Shown here: positions 42,177-52,210 of the stretch, piece after piece
Layout of the letters: every line of letters begins with the position of its first letter
Numbering within the stretch: position 1 is the first letter of the stretch
Source of the DNA: Planctomycetota bacterium
GTDB lineage: Bacteria > Planctomycetota > UBA8742 > UBA2392
DNA: 64,000 nt
Reading direction: 5' to 3'
Assembly (NCBI GenBank): GCA_027493625.1
Contig: JAOSKM010000001.1
Location: 382,416-446,415, forward strand
Made by a program: the position numbers and the translations under genes
Notes under the pieces: generated by a model
Seen by the model: the letters and a program-made list of their open reading frames with translations, nothing else
Database searches by the model: none
What the model was told of the DNA's origin: nothing

Positions 42177-42452
42177 TTACTTGTTCACGAAGGGCAGCAG
42201 GGCCATGAAACGCGCGAGCTTCACGGCGTCGCGCACCATTGCCTGTTCCTTGTGGCTGGTGCCCGTGCGCTTGCGCGGCAGGATCTTGCCCACGCCGCTG
42301 ATGAAGCGGGACAGGGTGTCCACGTCCTTGTAGTCGATGAAGTCGCGCTGGTCTTTCGACAGCTTGTTCTGCACCGGCAGCAGCGTGCGTGTGCGCTTCT
42401 TCTTTTTCTTCTTCAGCTTGCTCTTGTTGATGCGGATGTTGCCCATGGTCAT
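42177..42452 (-). CDS. rpsR: 30S ribosomal protein S18
   Basis: [23 protein letters not shown]...Q......K.AR.MALLPF. Confidence 0.96.
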   Translation of the reverse strand: MTMGNIRINKSKLKKKKKKRTRTLLPVQNKLSKDQRDFIDYKDVDTLSRFISGVGKILPRKRTGTSHKEQAMVRDAVKLARFMALLPFVNK

Positions 42453-42485
42453 TTTCCTTTACGCGGGTTGCCCCGCGGCTTGGGT

Positions 42486-42983
42486 TCAGTCAAGTGTGAC
42501 GTCGTCGCCGACGTCCTCGTCATAGCCAGAGTCGTCGTCGCGGCGCGGCGGCTCGGACAGGTCGTCTTCCAGGTCGCCGGCGCTTTCGTCGTGGATGGTG
42601 TTGCCGCCCTTCTCCACGATGCGGATGTGCCGGCCTGACGCGCTGCGTTCGACTTCGCGGCGGATGAACTGCACGCTGTAGGCGACCACGCGGATGCGCG
42701 AGCGGCGCTGGCCGTCGCCGGTGGTCCAGGTGTCCTGCTCGAGGCGGCCCTCGACGAAAACCGGCGAGCCCTTTTTCAGGTACTCGGCACAGCTTTCCGC
42801 CAGCTTGCGCCAGCTCACCACGTCGATGAAGCAGGTGCGATCGTGCTTCTCGCCGCTGCTGGTGGTGTAGCTGTCGCTGACCGCCAGGCGGAATTCCGTG
42901 ACCGGGGTGCCCGACGGCGTGTGCCGCAGGTCCGGGTCGCGGGCCAGGTTGCCCACCAGGAAAACCTTGTTCAGCGTAATCAT
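42486..42983 (-). CDS. ssb: single-stranded DNA-binding protein
   Basis: LNKVFLVGNLARDP.LR.TP.G, YLKKGS.V.VEGRL. Confidence 0.96.
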   Translation of the reverse strand: MITLNKVFLVGNLARDPDLRHTPSGTPVTEFRLAVSDSYTTSSGEKHDRTCFIDVVSWRKLAESCAEYLKKGSPVFVEGRLEQDTWTTGDGQRRSRIRVVAYSVQFIRREVERSASGRHIRIVEKGGNTIHDESAGDLEDDLSEPPRRDDDSGYDEDVGDDVTLD

Positions 42984-43023
42984 TTCAGCGTCCGTTCGTC
43001 TCGGGAATCGTCAGCGCGTCCGA

Positions 43024-43431
43024 TCAGTCGGCAACGCCGACTTCTTCCTCTTCCTTGCGCGACTCCACTTCCGTTTCGCGCGGGCGTGCGGGCTTGCTCT
43101 CGTAGCGCTTGAACCACTTCTCGATCGGCACGCCCTCGCGGTTGGTGAACAGGTAGCGCAGGATGCGCTCCGTCAGGCGGCACTCCAGCTCCATTTCCGC
43201 GACCTTCAGCGTGTTGGAGCGGAACGCAACCAGGATGTAGGCGCCGCGCTTGTTCTTGCGCACCTCGTAGGCCAGCCGCTGCTCTGCCCACAGCTCGGCG
43301 CGGATGATGGTTGCGCCGTGCTTCTCCAGTACTTCCCTGCACAGGGCCACCGCCCCTTCCGGGTCCTTGTTCGCGAACCCCGAGTCCACGAGGAACAAGC
43401 CCTCGTAGGTCCTCTGTCCATCGTCTGCCAT
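43024..43431 (-). CDS. rpsF: 30S ribosomal protein S6
   Basis: YE..F, W..QRLAYE..K...G.Y, ILRYL; rpsF-ssb-rpsR-rplI order. Confidence 0.93.
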   Translation of the reverse strand: MADDGQRTYEGLFLVDSGFANKDPEGAVALCREVLEKHGATIIRAELWAEQRLAYEVRKNKRGAYILVAFRSNTLKVAEMELECRLTERILRYLFTNREGVPIEKWFKRYESKPARPRETEVESRKEEEEVGVAD

Positions 43432-43536
43432 GACTTCTCCTGCCCGGTAGTAAAATGCCCCTTCGGTCTGCTCGCCCGGCGCCGCCGGGTGCCGGCGCCG
43501 GGAAGGGCGATGAAATGTGTGTCGAACTCCGACTGC

Positions 43537-44187
43537 CTACTTTTTCCCGGCAGGCTTCGCGGCAGGCTTGGCCGCGGCCGCAGCCGCCGGGGCCGGAGCG
43601 CCCGGCGCGGGGGCGCCCGGCGCCGCCGCAGTTTCGGTGGCGCGGCGCGCCTGGGCGCACTTGACCACCAGACCTTCGGGGTTCGGGATCAGATCGGCGC
43701 CTTCGGGCAGGTTCAAATCCTTGAAGCGGACCGCCTGGTCCACCTCGAGCTGCGTCACTTCCACCTCGATGAACTTGGGAATGCGGGAAGCCGGGCAGTG
43801 CACCTCGACCTCGCCGCGCATCACCTCAAGCAGGCCGCCGTGCGAGGCGCCGCGCGGCGTGCCCACGAACTTCAGCGGCAGCTTCAGGCGCACCTTGTCA
43901 TGCAGGTCGATGCGGATGAAGTCGATGTGCTGCAGGTGGTCGCCCATGAAGTCGCGCTGCAGGCCGCGCACCAGAGCGGTCTGCTTGCCGTCGCCGATGT
44001 CGAGCTCGACCACGTGGTCGGCGTCGTGCACCAGCTTCTCGATGTCACGCAGGCTGAATTGAAGGTTGATGTTCTCGCCGCCGCGGCCGTAGAGCACGCC
44101 GGGCAGTCCGCCGTTGGCGCGCAGCTTGCGCATGGCCTTGGTGCCGCTGTTGGTGCGGCGCTCGGCCTTTAAAACCGGAATCTGCAT
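43537..44187 (-). CDS. rplY: 50S ribosomal protein L25/CTC
   Basis: LR..G.LPGVLYG, Q.D.....L.HIDF, IP..IEVEV. Confidence 0.95.
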   Translation of the reverse strand: MQIPVLKAERRTNSGTKAMRKLRANGGLPGVLYGRGGENINLQFSLRDIEKLVHDADHVVELDIGDGKQTALVRGLQRDFMGDHLQHIDFIRIDLHDKVRLKLPLKFVGTPRGASHGGLLEVMRGEVEVHCPASRIPKFIEVEVTQLEVDQAVRFKDLNLPEGADLIPNPEGLVVKCAQARRATETAAAPGAPAPGAPAPAAAAAAKPAAKPAGKK

Positions 44188-44267
44188 GTTGACCTCAGTA
44201 GTGGACCCCGTGCCTGCGTACCGCACCGTGCGGCGTGGCCTGCGCCGGGTTCGTTCCCGAAAAAGCG

Positions 44268-46051
44268 TTACTTCTTTACTTTCAAATCCACGGCTGCAAA
44301 GCCGCAGCGCTCCCCTTTCGGATCGCGGGCGAACACTTTGAGAATGTAGTCACCGGGCGCAAGGGGGAGTCGGGATTTCCGGCGAAGAATCCCTCCGTCA
44401 CCGTTTTTTCGCTTCCATCCGGCAGCACCATTTTAGATTCGGCCACCCCGACAAACTCAACCGGCAGCTTCGCAACCAGCTTGTTGTTGGAGTTCGCGTG
44501 GTTCTGCGCCACAGTTTCTTCTGCTGCTTGCCGCTTCTTTTCATCGTTGCCAGTCAGGTCCGCCTTGTTGAAGGGCAGAACCTGATGGGCGAGAGCCGTA
44601 CGCTTGCACTCGATCCGGAACTCGAGTTTGGCGTCGGCAAAGATCTCCAGGCCGCTTACCGCGACAGTAATCTCGCCTTCCGAAATGACCTCGCCCTTTG
44701 ACAGTCGCAGGCCGATGTCCAGCTTGGGGTACTGCATGCGCAGGCCAGGGTCGCCGGTCAGGTTGTAGAGGCTGAGGTGGCTCTGGTTCAGCCCGGCGCG
44801 CTCTTTCTCGGGGATGATGAACATCGCCATGGTGTCGAGCTTCTTGCGTTCCGGGTGCTCGCCCAGGATCAGCTCGCGCTTGGACTTCAGGAATGCCTGG
44901 CCCAGCGTCGGCGTGTTGCTCACAGACAGCTCGTCCACCATCGCCAGCTCCAGCAGCGTGTTGCTGTAGGGGTGGCTGTCGCGGCTGCTGGCGATCACCG
45001 CCACGGGCGCCTTCTCCGTGAAGCAGATCTTTTCGGCCAGGCTGCCCTTGGGGTGGTCGAGGCGGCCGGTTTCGCAGGCGATAATCATCATGACCGGCAG
45101 CTTGCCGTCGGGGATGTTGAACTTGCCGACGTCGTCGGCGGAAAGGATCGGGTAGCGCGTGCGTTTGCCGTCCACGTCAACGTACATGTCGTCGAGGCGG
45201 TCATAGGCGCCGTGGCCCAGGTAGCAGAGCAGCAGGGCGCCGGCGTTGGCCTCTTCAATCACCTTGTCGCTGAACTTGCTGGGCACGTAGGCGTATGAGC
45301 TGTTGATGTTGGCGTAGGTCATCCGCACGTTGTGGGCCTGCGACATCGACTCGGCGAACTGCATGAACAGCTTTTCCAGCATGGTGTCGATCATCGCACC
45401 GAAGTGGCCCTCGCCTGCGAAGAATGTCAGGTTGCGCAGCCACTCGCCCTGCCTGGCGGCCTCGTAGGCCTTCACCTTGGCCAGCGCCAGGCGGGCCTGC
45501 TCGGGCGTGCGGGCCGGGATGCGGCCGACGGCGATGTCGGGCAGGCCGTCGTCATCCTGCACCAGGTCGGCGTAGAAGTTGTCGGTGGGCACGCGCTCGC
45601 GCCGGTTGGTGTCGGGGTTGCTGTCCATCTGGCGGGTCAGCATCCAGGGGATTTCGCTTTTCGGGTCGTAGTCCGTGGCGCTGTCGTTGGGGCAGTCGCC
45701 CAGCAGCAGCACCTGGAAGCCCTCGCGGACTTCATCACCGCCGGCGTGCTCGAGGATCGCGCTTTTGATCTCGGTCAGGCCGGGCTCGTCCATCTCGTGC
45801 AGCTTGCCGATCGCGCCGATGGTGAGAACCTTGGTGACCCGGCCGTGGGATGCACGGTATTCGGCCCACTCCTTGGCGACTTCGGCCAGGCCGTCCGCGC
45901 TGACGATCAGGTAATCAACGGCCGGCGCATCGGCCGTAGTTTCACCGTCAGTTTTCTCGGCCGGCTTTTCGTCCTGCGCGGCCGGGTGCGGCGCGGAAAC
46001 GAACATCAACGCGACGGCCAAAGCCGCGGCGATCAGCGGAAACTTCTTCAT
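44268..46051 (-). CDS. C25 (gingipain-like) cysteine peptidase; C-terminus probably frameshifted near 44355-44367
   Basis: LLLGD, TDNFY.D, VGRIP, YLGHG, IAC..G, YNL.GDP; signal peptide; the alternative frame ends PGDYILKV...VKK-stop at 44268. Confidence 0.85.
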
Positions 46052-46170
46052 CGTCCAACTCCTGGGCCCACAAGCTATGGGGATAGTACGAATGAGACAG
46101 AAATCCTCACGTCCACCGAAGTGGACGATTTTGGATTGATGGCCACGATGGCGGTACAGCTCGTTGGGCC

Positions 46171-46216
46171 AATCCAAAATCCACAATCCAAAATCTAAAA
46201 TCTAAAATCTAAAATC
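46171..46216. repeat. tandem heptamer array (AAAATCY)
   Basis: aatccaaaatccacaatccaaaatctaaaatctaaaatctaaaatc with an inverted partner at ~46127-46138. Confidence 0.85.
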
Positions 46217-46219
46217 GCA

Positions 46220-47173
46220 TCAACCCTTGAACAGCAGGCTTACGGACTCGTTGAAGTGGATGTTGCGGATCGCCGTGGCCAGCAGCTTGCTTACGCTCAG
46301 CACCTTCAGGGTGTCGAACTCCTTGCCCTCAACGGGCACGGTGTCCGTCACGATGCACTCCTTGATCGGCGCGTTCTTCAGGCGCTCCACGGCCGGGCCG
46401 CAGAACAGGGCGTGGGTGCAGGCAACGTAAACTTCCTTGGCGCCGAACTTCATGCAGGCCTTGGCAGCGTCCACGATGCTGCCGCCGGTGGCTATCATGT
46501 CGTCGATCAGCACGCAGACCTGGCCGTCCACCTTGCCGATCATGTCCATCACCTCGGTCTCTTCGCCGCTGACGCGCCGCTTGTCCACGATGGCGAGGCC
46601 GGCGTTCAGGCGCTTGGCATAGCCGCGGGCGACCTTCGAGCGCCCGACGTCCGGCGCCACGATGGTCATGTTCTTGATGCCCTTGTCGGTTTTCAGCTTT
46701 TCGAAGTACTCGTTGATCACCGGCGCCGCGTACAGGTGGTCCACCGGGATGTCGAAGAAACCCTGGATCTGCGCGGCGTGCAGGTCCATGGTCAGCACTC
46801 GGTCGCAGCCGGCGCTCACCATGCAGTTGGCGACCATCTTGGCGCTGATCGGAACGCGCCCTTCATCTTTGCGGTCTTTGCGCGCGTAGCCGTAGTAGGG
46901 GACCACGGCCGTGATGCGCTCGGCGCTGGCGCGGCGCGCGGCGTCGGCGAACAGCAGGGCCTCCATCAGGTTGTCGTTGACGGGCGGGCAGGTGGACTGC
47001 ACGAAGAAGGTGTCCACGCCGCGGATGTCTTCTTCGATCTTCACGTCGATTTCGCCGTCGGGGAACTTCTCGATGCGCGCGTGCCCCAGCGGGATCTCCA
47101 GGATGGCGCAGATGGCCTCCGCCAGCTTGCGGTTGCTGTTGCCGGCGAAAATCTTGAGTCCCTTGGTCCGCAT
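46220..47173 (-). CDS. prs: ribose-phosphate pyrophosphokinase
   Basis: FPDGE, PYYGYARKDRK, DLHA.QIQGFFD, DDMIATGGS. Confidence 0.97.
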   Translation of the reverse strand: MRTKGLKIFAGNSNRKLAEAICAILEIPLGHARIEKFPDGEIDVKIEEDIRGVDTFFVQSTCPPVNDNLMEALLFADAARRASAERITAVVPYYGYARKDRKDEGRVPISAKMVANCMVSAGCDRVLTMDLHAAQIQGFFDIPVDHLYAAPVINEYFEKLKTDKGIKNMTIVAPDVGRSKVARGYAKRLNAGLAIVDKRRVSGEETEVMDMIGKVDGQVCVLIDDMIATGGSIVDAAKACMKFGAKEVYVACTHALFCGPAVERLKNAPIKECIVTDTVPVEGKEFDTLKVLSVSKLLATAIRNIHFNESVSLLFKG

Positions 47174-47188
47174 CGTTGTGCCCTTTCG

Positions 47189-48460
47189 CTAACTCTTCTT
47201 GCGCAGTTCCCGTGCCGGCGCGCCCACCACTATAGTGTCGTCCGGGACGTCCTTGCCGTGGGGGACTACCGTGTTCGCGCCGGTCTGTGCATTCTTACCT
47301 ACCTTCACCGGCGCCACCAGCACCGTGCCGCAGCCGATGAAGGCGTTGTCTCCGACCTCGGTGTGATGTTTGGCCTTGCCGTCGTAGTTGGCCACGATGC
47401 TGCCCGCCCCGATGTTCACGCCGCTGCCCAGCGTCACGTCGCCCAGGTAGGCCAGGTGGCCTGACTTGGTGCCGTCGCCGTACACGGCGTTCTTGGTTTC
47501 GACGAACGCGCCCACCTTGCAGTCGTTGCCCAGCCTCGTGCCGCCGCGCAGGTGCGCAAAGGGACCGATCTCGCAGCGCTCGCCGATCACCACCCCGGCG
47601 CGGATCACGCTGTGGGGCCAGATCACCGTGTCGCGCCCGATGCTGCAGCCGGCCTCGATGTAGCAGCTCTCGGGCTGGTAGACGCTGACGCCCTGTTCGA
47701 TCATCAGCTCGTCGAGAATGCGTTCGCGCGCGAGCCGGTCGGCCTCGGCCAGCTGCTTGCGGTTATTGATGCCCATCACCTCAGTGTGGTCGTCGCAGGC
47801 GCAGGCCGCGACCCGGTTGCCGGCGTCGGCCAGCAGGCGCACTGTGTCGGTCAGGTAGTACTCGCCCTGGGCGTTGTCGGTGTCCAGCTTGTCGAGTACC
47901 GACATCAGTTTCGTGCAGTCGTACAGCCAGGTTCCGGTGTTGATTTCCTGAATCGCCTCCTGCTGCGGCGCCAGGTCGCGCTGCTCCACGATGCGGCGCA
48001 CACGCCCCAGGCCGTCGCGCACGATGCGCCCGTAGCCGCGCGGCTCCGGCAGCAGCGCGGTCAGGATGGTGCAGGCAGCCTCCTCGCTGACGTGCATGTG
48101 GCGCAGCAGCTCAAGGGTGCGCGGGCGGATCAGCGGCACGTCGCCGCACAGCACTGCCACATCGCCGTTGAAGCCAGCCAGCGCCTCGCGCGCCTGCATT
48201 ACCGCGTGGCCGGTGCCGTGCTGGGGTTCCTGGGTCACGAAGCGGGTGTTGGCGCGGCCGGAGAACTTCTCGCGCACGCGCTCACTTTCGTGGCCCACGA
48301 CCACGATGGTTTCCGCCGCACCCATGGCCTCGGCCTGCTCCAGCACCCACTGAAGTACCGGCACGCCCGCCATCTTGTGCAGCACCTTGGGCGTGGCGGA
48401 CTTCATGCGCGTGCTTTTGCCCGCGGCAAGGACCACGACTTTCAACGGCCGATCAGCCAT
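47189..48460 (-). CDS. glmU: bifunctional UDP-GlcNAc pyrophosphorylase/GlcN-1-P acetyltransferase
   Basis: LAAGKSTRMKS..PKVLH, GTGHAV, NAQGEYYLTD, HLAYLGD, NYDG. Confidence 0.96.
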   Translation of the reverse strand: MADRPLKVVVLAAGKSTRMKSATPKVLHKMAGVPVLQWVLEQAEAMGAAETIVVVGHESERVREKFSGRANTRFVTQEPQHGTGHAVMQAREALAGFNGDVAVLCGDVPLIRPRTLELLRHMHVSEEAACTILTALLPEPRGYGRIVRDGLGRVRRIVEQRDLAPQQEAIQEINTGTWLYDCTKLMSVLDKLDTDNAQGEYYLTDTVRLLADAGNRVAACACDDHTEVMGINNRKQLAEADRLARERILDELMIEQGVSVYQPESCYIEAGCSIGRDTVIWPHSVIRAGVVIGERCEIGPFAHLRGGTRLGNDCKVGAFVETKNAVYGDGTKSGHLAYLGDVTLGSGVNIGAGSIVANYDGKAKHHTEVGDNAFIGCGTVLVAPVKVGKNAQTGANTVVPHGKDVPDDTIVVGAPARELRKKS

Positions 48461-48649
48461 CCAGACACCAACGACGGGTAGAGGCACGAAGTCTAGCCGC
48501 AGGCTCGAAAGGAACAACCCTTGGGCCGCAGAGGTCAGGAGGCCGGAGGTCAGAGGTCAGAGAAGGCGGCAGCAGGCAGTCGGTGGGGGCGAGAAAACGC
48601 CAGAGGCCAGGGAGCTTTTCCCTGGCCTCTGAACTCCGACCTCTGATCT

Positions 48650-49225
48650 CTATGCCGCAGGCATTGCCTTGCCGGCGAAGCGGTCGCGCAGGAAGGCCTT
48701 GGCGCGGTGCAGGCGCGACATCACGGTGCCGATCGGCAGCTTCAGCTTGCTGGCGATGTCCTTGTAGCTGAGCTCGCCGACGGTGTTCAGCAGCAGCACG
48801 TCGCGGTAGCGGCTGTCGAGCTCGCTGAGTCCTTCCTTCAGGTCCTGGTCCAGGCTCTGCAGGAAGTTGTCGTCCTGGGCCAGCTTGCCCGGGTCCATCA
48901 CGGCGAAGCGTTCGTCGTTTTCCGGCGCGTCATGGGTTTCGGCCATGTTCTCGACGCCCTCCACGAACACCGACTTCACCCGGCGCTTCTTGCGGCGGTA
49001 CTCGTTGATGAACTGGTTGAACAGGATGCGCCCAAGCCAGGCTTTAAGGTTGGTGCCGGGCTCAAACTGGGCGAACTTGCGCATGCCCCTGATGTAGGTC
49101 TCCTGCACCAGGTCCTCGGCGTCTGCGCGGTTGCGTGTGAGGTGGTAGGCCTGCGCGTACATGTCCTGCATCAGCGGAAGAGCTTCTTCTTCGAAACGCT
49201 GTCTGAGTGTGGTCTTGGTTTTCAT
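48650..49225 (-). CDS. ECF RNA polymerase sigma factor
   Basis: [38 protein letters not shown]. Confidence 0.95.
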   Translation of the reverse strand: MKTKTTLRQRFEEEALPLMQDMYAQAYHLTRNRADAEDLVQETYIRGMRKFAQFEPGTNLKAWLGRILFNQFINEYRRKKRRVKSVFVEGVENMAETHDAPENDERFAVMDPGKLAQDDNFLQSLDQDLKEGLSELDSRYRDVLLLNTVGELSYKDIASKLKLPIGTVMSRLHRAKAFLRDRFAGKAMPAA

Positions 49226-49366
49226 GGTCTTCCCCTCCCGAAGGTGCGGTGCTTGCCCCCGCCCCTTCCTTATTAGTAGCCCGGTTGCTTCGGCTTGCTG
49301 GTTCATTGTATGAAAATCAGTTTACTTGTCAAGCAACAGTACTGGTCCCTGATTCATTCCACTAAG

Positions 49367-49380
49367 ACAGACCGGTCTGT
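49367..49380. promoter_or_regulatory. putative TetR operator upstream of the ECF sigma gene
   Basis: Perfect palindrome acagaccggtctgt. Confidence 0.6.
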
Positions 49381-49398
49381 TTTATCATTCCAAAATTT

Positions 49399-49992
49399 TT
49401 AATCCTCAAGGCCCAACCGCACGGCCACGATCCGCCACGCCGTCTCCGCCGGCCAGGTGCAGCGGTGCACTGGCGAGGCCGCGAACACGGCCTCGGCCAG
49501 CAGGTAGATCTCGTCGGAAAGGTCCTGGATTTCCTCTTCAGTCTTGTCGCCGCCGCGGAAGTGCGCGCTTACCAGCTCGCTCAGGAACTGGCGGAACACG
49601 CCCTTGTGCCAGCGCACCAACTCACGTACGCGGCTGCCCGCGTCGCGGAATTCGCTCACCATATTGAGGTAGGCGCAGCCGTTGGCCGCCGAGCCGCAGC
49701 TGCACGAGCTGCCGAGCCATTCGAACACCCGGCCGATTTTTTCAGCGGGCGTCTTGCCCTGGGCGATCACCGCACGCAACTCAGCCATCATGCGCTCGTG
49801 GCGCTGCTCCAGTGAAACCACCAGCAGGTCTTCCTTGGTCTTGAAATGGTGGTAGAAACTGGCCTTGCAGATGCCGGCCTGCTTGATGACCTCGTTGATG
49901 CCGGTGGCGCCGTAGCCCTTTTCGTAAAAGAGCCGCGCCGCCGTTTCGAGCAGGCGGTCACGCACGTTGAGCTTTTCAGCAGTTCCGGCCAT
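49399..49992 (-). CDS. TetR/AcrR family regulator (NemR-like, Cys-rich)
   Basis: RDRLLETA..LFYEKGY.ATGI, FYHHFKTKEDL, GC.Y.N. Confidence 0.92.
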   Translation of the reverse strand: MAGTAEKLNVRDRLLETAARLFYEKGYGATGINEVIKQAGICKASFYHHFKTKEDLLVVSLEQRHERMMAELRAVIAQGKTPAEKIGRVFEWLGSSCSCGSAANGCAYLNMVSEFRDAGSRVRELVRWHKGVFRQFLSELVSAHFRGGDKTEEEIQDLSDEIYLLAEAVFAASPVHRCTWPAETAWRIVAVRLGLED

Positions 49993-50006
49993 GAAGGAAG
50001 TGTATA

Positions 50007-50024
50007 CCAGACCAGTCTGTCTGG
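50007..50024. promoter_or_regulatory. putative TetR operator between the divergent tetR and ubiX genes
   Basis: Imperfect palindrome ccagaccagtctgtctgg. Confidence 0.6.
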
Positions 50025-50071
50025 CAACGAAAAATTGAGGACTATTCCAGTCTTTTTTCAAACCGAGTGGT

Positions 50072-50674
50072 ATGGCAGGAACAGACCGAGTTGTGGTTGC
50101 AGTCACAGGCGCCTCCGGCATCCAGTACGCCCAGCGCCTGCTGCAAGTCCTTGGGCAACAGGGGCTTGAGACCCACGTCGTGTTCAGCGAGGCTGCCTTT
50201 GACGTCTGGAAGGCCGAGATGGACATACCCTGCGACCCCGGCAAGCCAGACCTGAAGGCGTTCACCGGCACGGATGGCGACTTCCGCCTGTACCGCAACA
50301 GCCAGGTCGGCGCGCCGCCCGCCAGCGGCAGCTTCCGCCACCGCGGCATGGTGATCTGCCCTTGCACCATGAGCACCCTCGGCCGTGTTGCGAACGGTAC
50401 CGGTGAGGGGCTGATCGGCCGCGCCGCCGAGGTCGCGCTGAAGGAGCGCCGCAAGCTGCTGCTGGTGACGCGCGAAACGCCGCTGTCGCTGATCGCCCTG
50501 CGCAACATGGTGCAGGTGACGGAGGCCGGTGGAACCATCATCGACGCCAACCCCGGTTTCTACACGCGGCCGCAGACGGTGCAGGAGATGATCGACTTCG
50601 TGGTGGCCCGTGTGCTGGATCATCTGGGCATCGACCACCAACTGACCAAGCGCTGGGGCGAGAAGCAGAAGTAA
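50072..50674 (+). CDS. ubiX: flavin prenyltransferase UbiX
   Basis: TGASG..Y, ASGS, PCTM.TL, RAAEV.LKERR.L.LV.RETP, PGFY. Confidence 0.96.
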   Translation: MAGTDRVVVAVTGASGIQYAQRLLQVLGQQGLETHVVFSEAAFDVWKAEMDIPCDPGKPDLKAFTGTDGDFRLYRNSQVGAPPASGSFRHRGMVICPCTMSTLGRVANGTGEGLIGRAAEVALKERRKLLLVTRETPLSLIALRNMVQVTEAGGTIIDANPGFYTRPQTVQEMIDFVVARVLDHLGIDHQLTKRWGEKQK

Positions 50675-50688
50675 GCGGCATGCGTGCA

Positions 50689-50788
50689 GTGGCATGCGCA
50701 TCCTGCGCATGAGTAGTTCCGCGCGCTTCCAGCGCGTGACGCCTTGGCTGGAAGCCAAGGCGTCACGCGCTGGAAGCGCGTGCCACTC
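50689..50788. repeat. REP-like palindromic element (GTGGCA...TGCCAC family)
   Basis: gtggcatgcgcatcctgcgcatg ... cacgcgctggaagcgcgtgccac. Confidence 0.6.
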
Positions 50789-50879
50789 ACGGCCGCAACC
50801 CGCACACGTTCAGAAATGGCCCGGCGCTTGCCGGGTCGGGCTGTGGTGATACACTTCCGCCCTCGCCGAACGAGACAGT

Positions 50880-50956
50880 CGGGGCGTAGCTCAGCCTGGT
50901 AGAGCGCTTCGTTCGGGACGAAGAGGCCGCAGGTTCAAATCCTGTCGCCCCGACCA
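50880..50956 (+). tRNA. tRNA-Pro(CGG)
   Basis: Cloverleaf: CGGGGCG acceptor stem, anticodon arm cttcg-tt-CGG-ga-cgaag, GGTTCAAATCC T-arm, encoded CCA. Confidence 0.97.
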
Positions 50957-50961
50957 TGAAA
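50914..50961. repeat. att site, left (48-bp direct repeat)
   Basis: Identical to 59924-59971. Confidence 0.95.
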
Positions 50962-50964
50962 ATA

Positions 50965-50990
50965 GGGCTTCCGCAAGGAAGCCCGTTTTC
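50965..50990 (+). terminator. tRNA terminator supplied by the element
   Basis: gggcttcc-gcaa-ggaagccc followed by gttttc. Confidence 0.75.
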
Positions 50991-51021
50991 TTGGCACCAA
51001 GGTTTTCACCAAACTCGGGTT

Positions 51022-51861
51022 TTACGATCCCGCGTTGGCCTCGAGGCGCTTCTTGAGAATCTCGCCGCGCAGCTCTTCCATGTGGCGGCGCACCCACTGC
51101 ATATCCTGGTACAGGCGGTCAGGCACGCGCAGGGGAAGCTCCGGCATGCGCAGCCCGCGTAGGCGCTCGGCGGTGTTTTCGTTGACCTTGTCGATCACCT
51201 TCTGAAGTGCCGCATCGCGCTTATCTTCGCTCAACTTCTTCAGCTCGCGCGCCTCGCGTTCGGCGTAGAACGCCTTGAGGAATACCCGGCGGTTGGCTGC
51301 CTGAGCCTCAATCGCGGCGTCCGCTTGCGACTGCTCACCCAGCAGGCCGCTCACGCGCTCATCGAGCGCGGTGTCAAACACTTCCCCGGCCGTCTTCGCG
51401 CCGAGGCGGCGATTCAGGAGCTGGTACAGCAGCCGCCCGGCCGGGTTGAGAGGGTTGCGGCGGTAGAGGTCCGCCAGGCTTTCGTTGACCTCCTGGCGGA
51501 TCGCTTGCTTGATCGTCTTGCCGTCTTCGTGCGCCTCGAGCAGGGCGGAGCCTATTGCTGAAGCCTTGCCGATTCCGTACGCGGCGGCGTAGCCGATCAC
51601 GGCCGCTCCGCCGGCGCCGGTTCCCCGCGCGCGCGACATGACGGCGCCCTTGATGTCGCCCCGCAAGAGCCCTTCATCGAGCAGGCCGCGACTGCGCGCC
51701 TGGTCGATCAGCGAGCTGATACGCCCGGCCTGTTGCGTCTTCCGGCTTGCGACGTCGGCCTTGGCTGAGACGCTGTCCAGCTCGCGCGCGACTCGGCGCG
51801 CGCTGCTTACGGCGTCGCGCTCGTTGAGGTCCAACTCGACTACGGTGCGTTCAGTTCCCAT
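51022..51861 (-). CDS. hypothetical protein, paralog B (tape-measure/pilot-like composition)
   Basis: [12 protein letters not shown]..., Gly/Ala-rich hydrophobic segment, [19 protein letters not shown]. Confidence 0.75.
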   Translation of the reverse strand: MGTERTVVELDLNERDAVSSARRVARELDSVSAKADVASRKTQQAGRISSLIDQARSRGLLDEGLLRGDIKGAVMSRARGTGAGGAAVIGYAAAYGIGKASAIGSALLEAHEDGKTIKQAIRQEVNESLADLYRRNPLNPAGRLLYQLLNRRLGAKTAGEVFDTALDERVSGLLGEQSQADAAIEAQAANRRVFLKAFYAEREARELKKLSEDKRDAALQKVIDKVNENTAERLRGLRMPELPLRVPDRLYQDMQWVRRHMEELRGEILKKRLEANAGS

Positions 51862-52210
51862 GACGCTCTCCCGCCGGCAGGCCCGGCACAAGTCCTACAA
51901 GGTCGATCAGGTCCAGCGGTGACGCCTCCGGCACGGCCACCAGGAACCAGCGCCACGCCAGCATATCGAGCTCGCCGGCCTGCATTGCGAACAGCCGCGC
52001 GTCCTCCGCGATCTTGCAGGCGGGCTCCAGGTAGCTGCTCAATCCATTGAGCAGCGCGCCCAGCGTCGCGCCGATCACCGGCAGGCCGCCGACCACCAGG
52101 CCCATGGGTTCGGTCACCTCGCGGCCGTCGGTCACCATGACGCACAGACGCCAGGGGCCAACCGCGCGGTCGAGCGCATCAATGACGGCCTGAAGCTTGG
52201 CGGAGCTCAT
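51851..52210 (-). CDS. hypothetical protein
   Basis: Overlaps both neighbouring genes. Confidence 0.6.
   Translation of the reverse strand: MSSAKLQAVIDALDRAVGPWRLCVMVTDGREVTEPMGLVVGGLPVIGATLGALLNGLSSYLEPACKIAEDARLFAMQAGELDMLAWRWFLVAVPEASPLDLIDLVGLVPGLPAGERHGN

Noticed and set aside
43432-43536. Possible S6:S18 ribosomal leader RNA upstream of rpsF
   Set aside because: A GC hairpin is present but I cannot match the consensus by eye; an Infernal/Rfam search is needed
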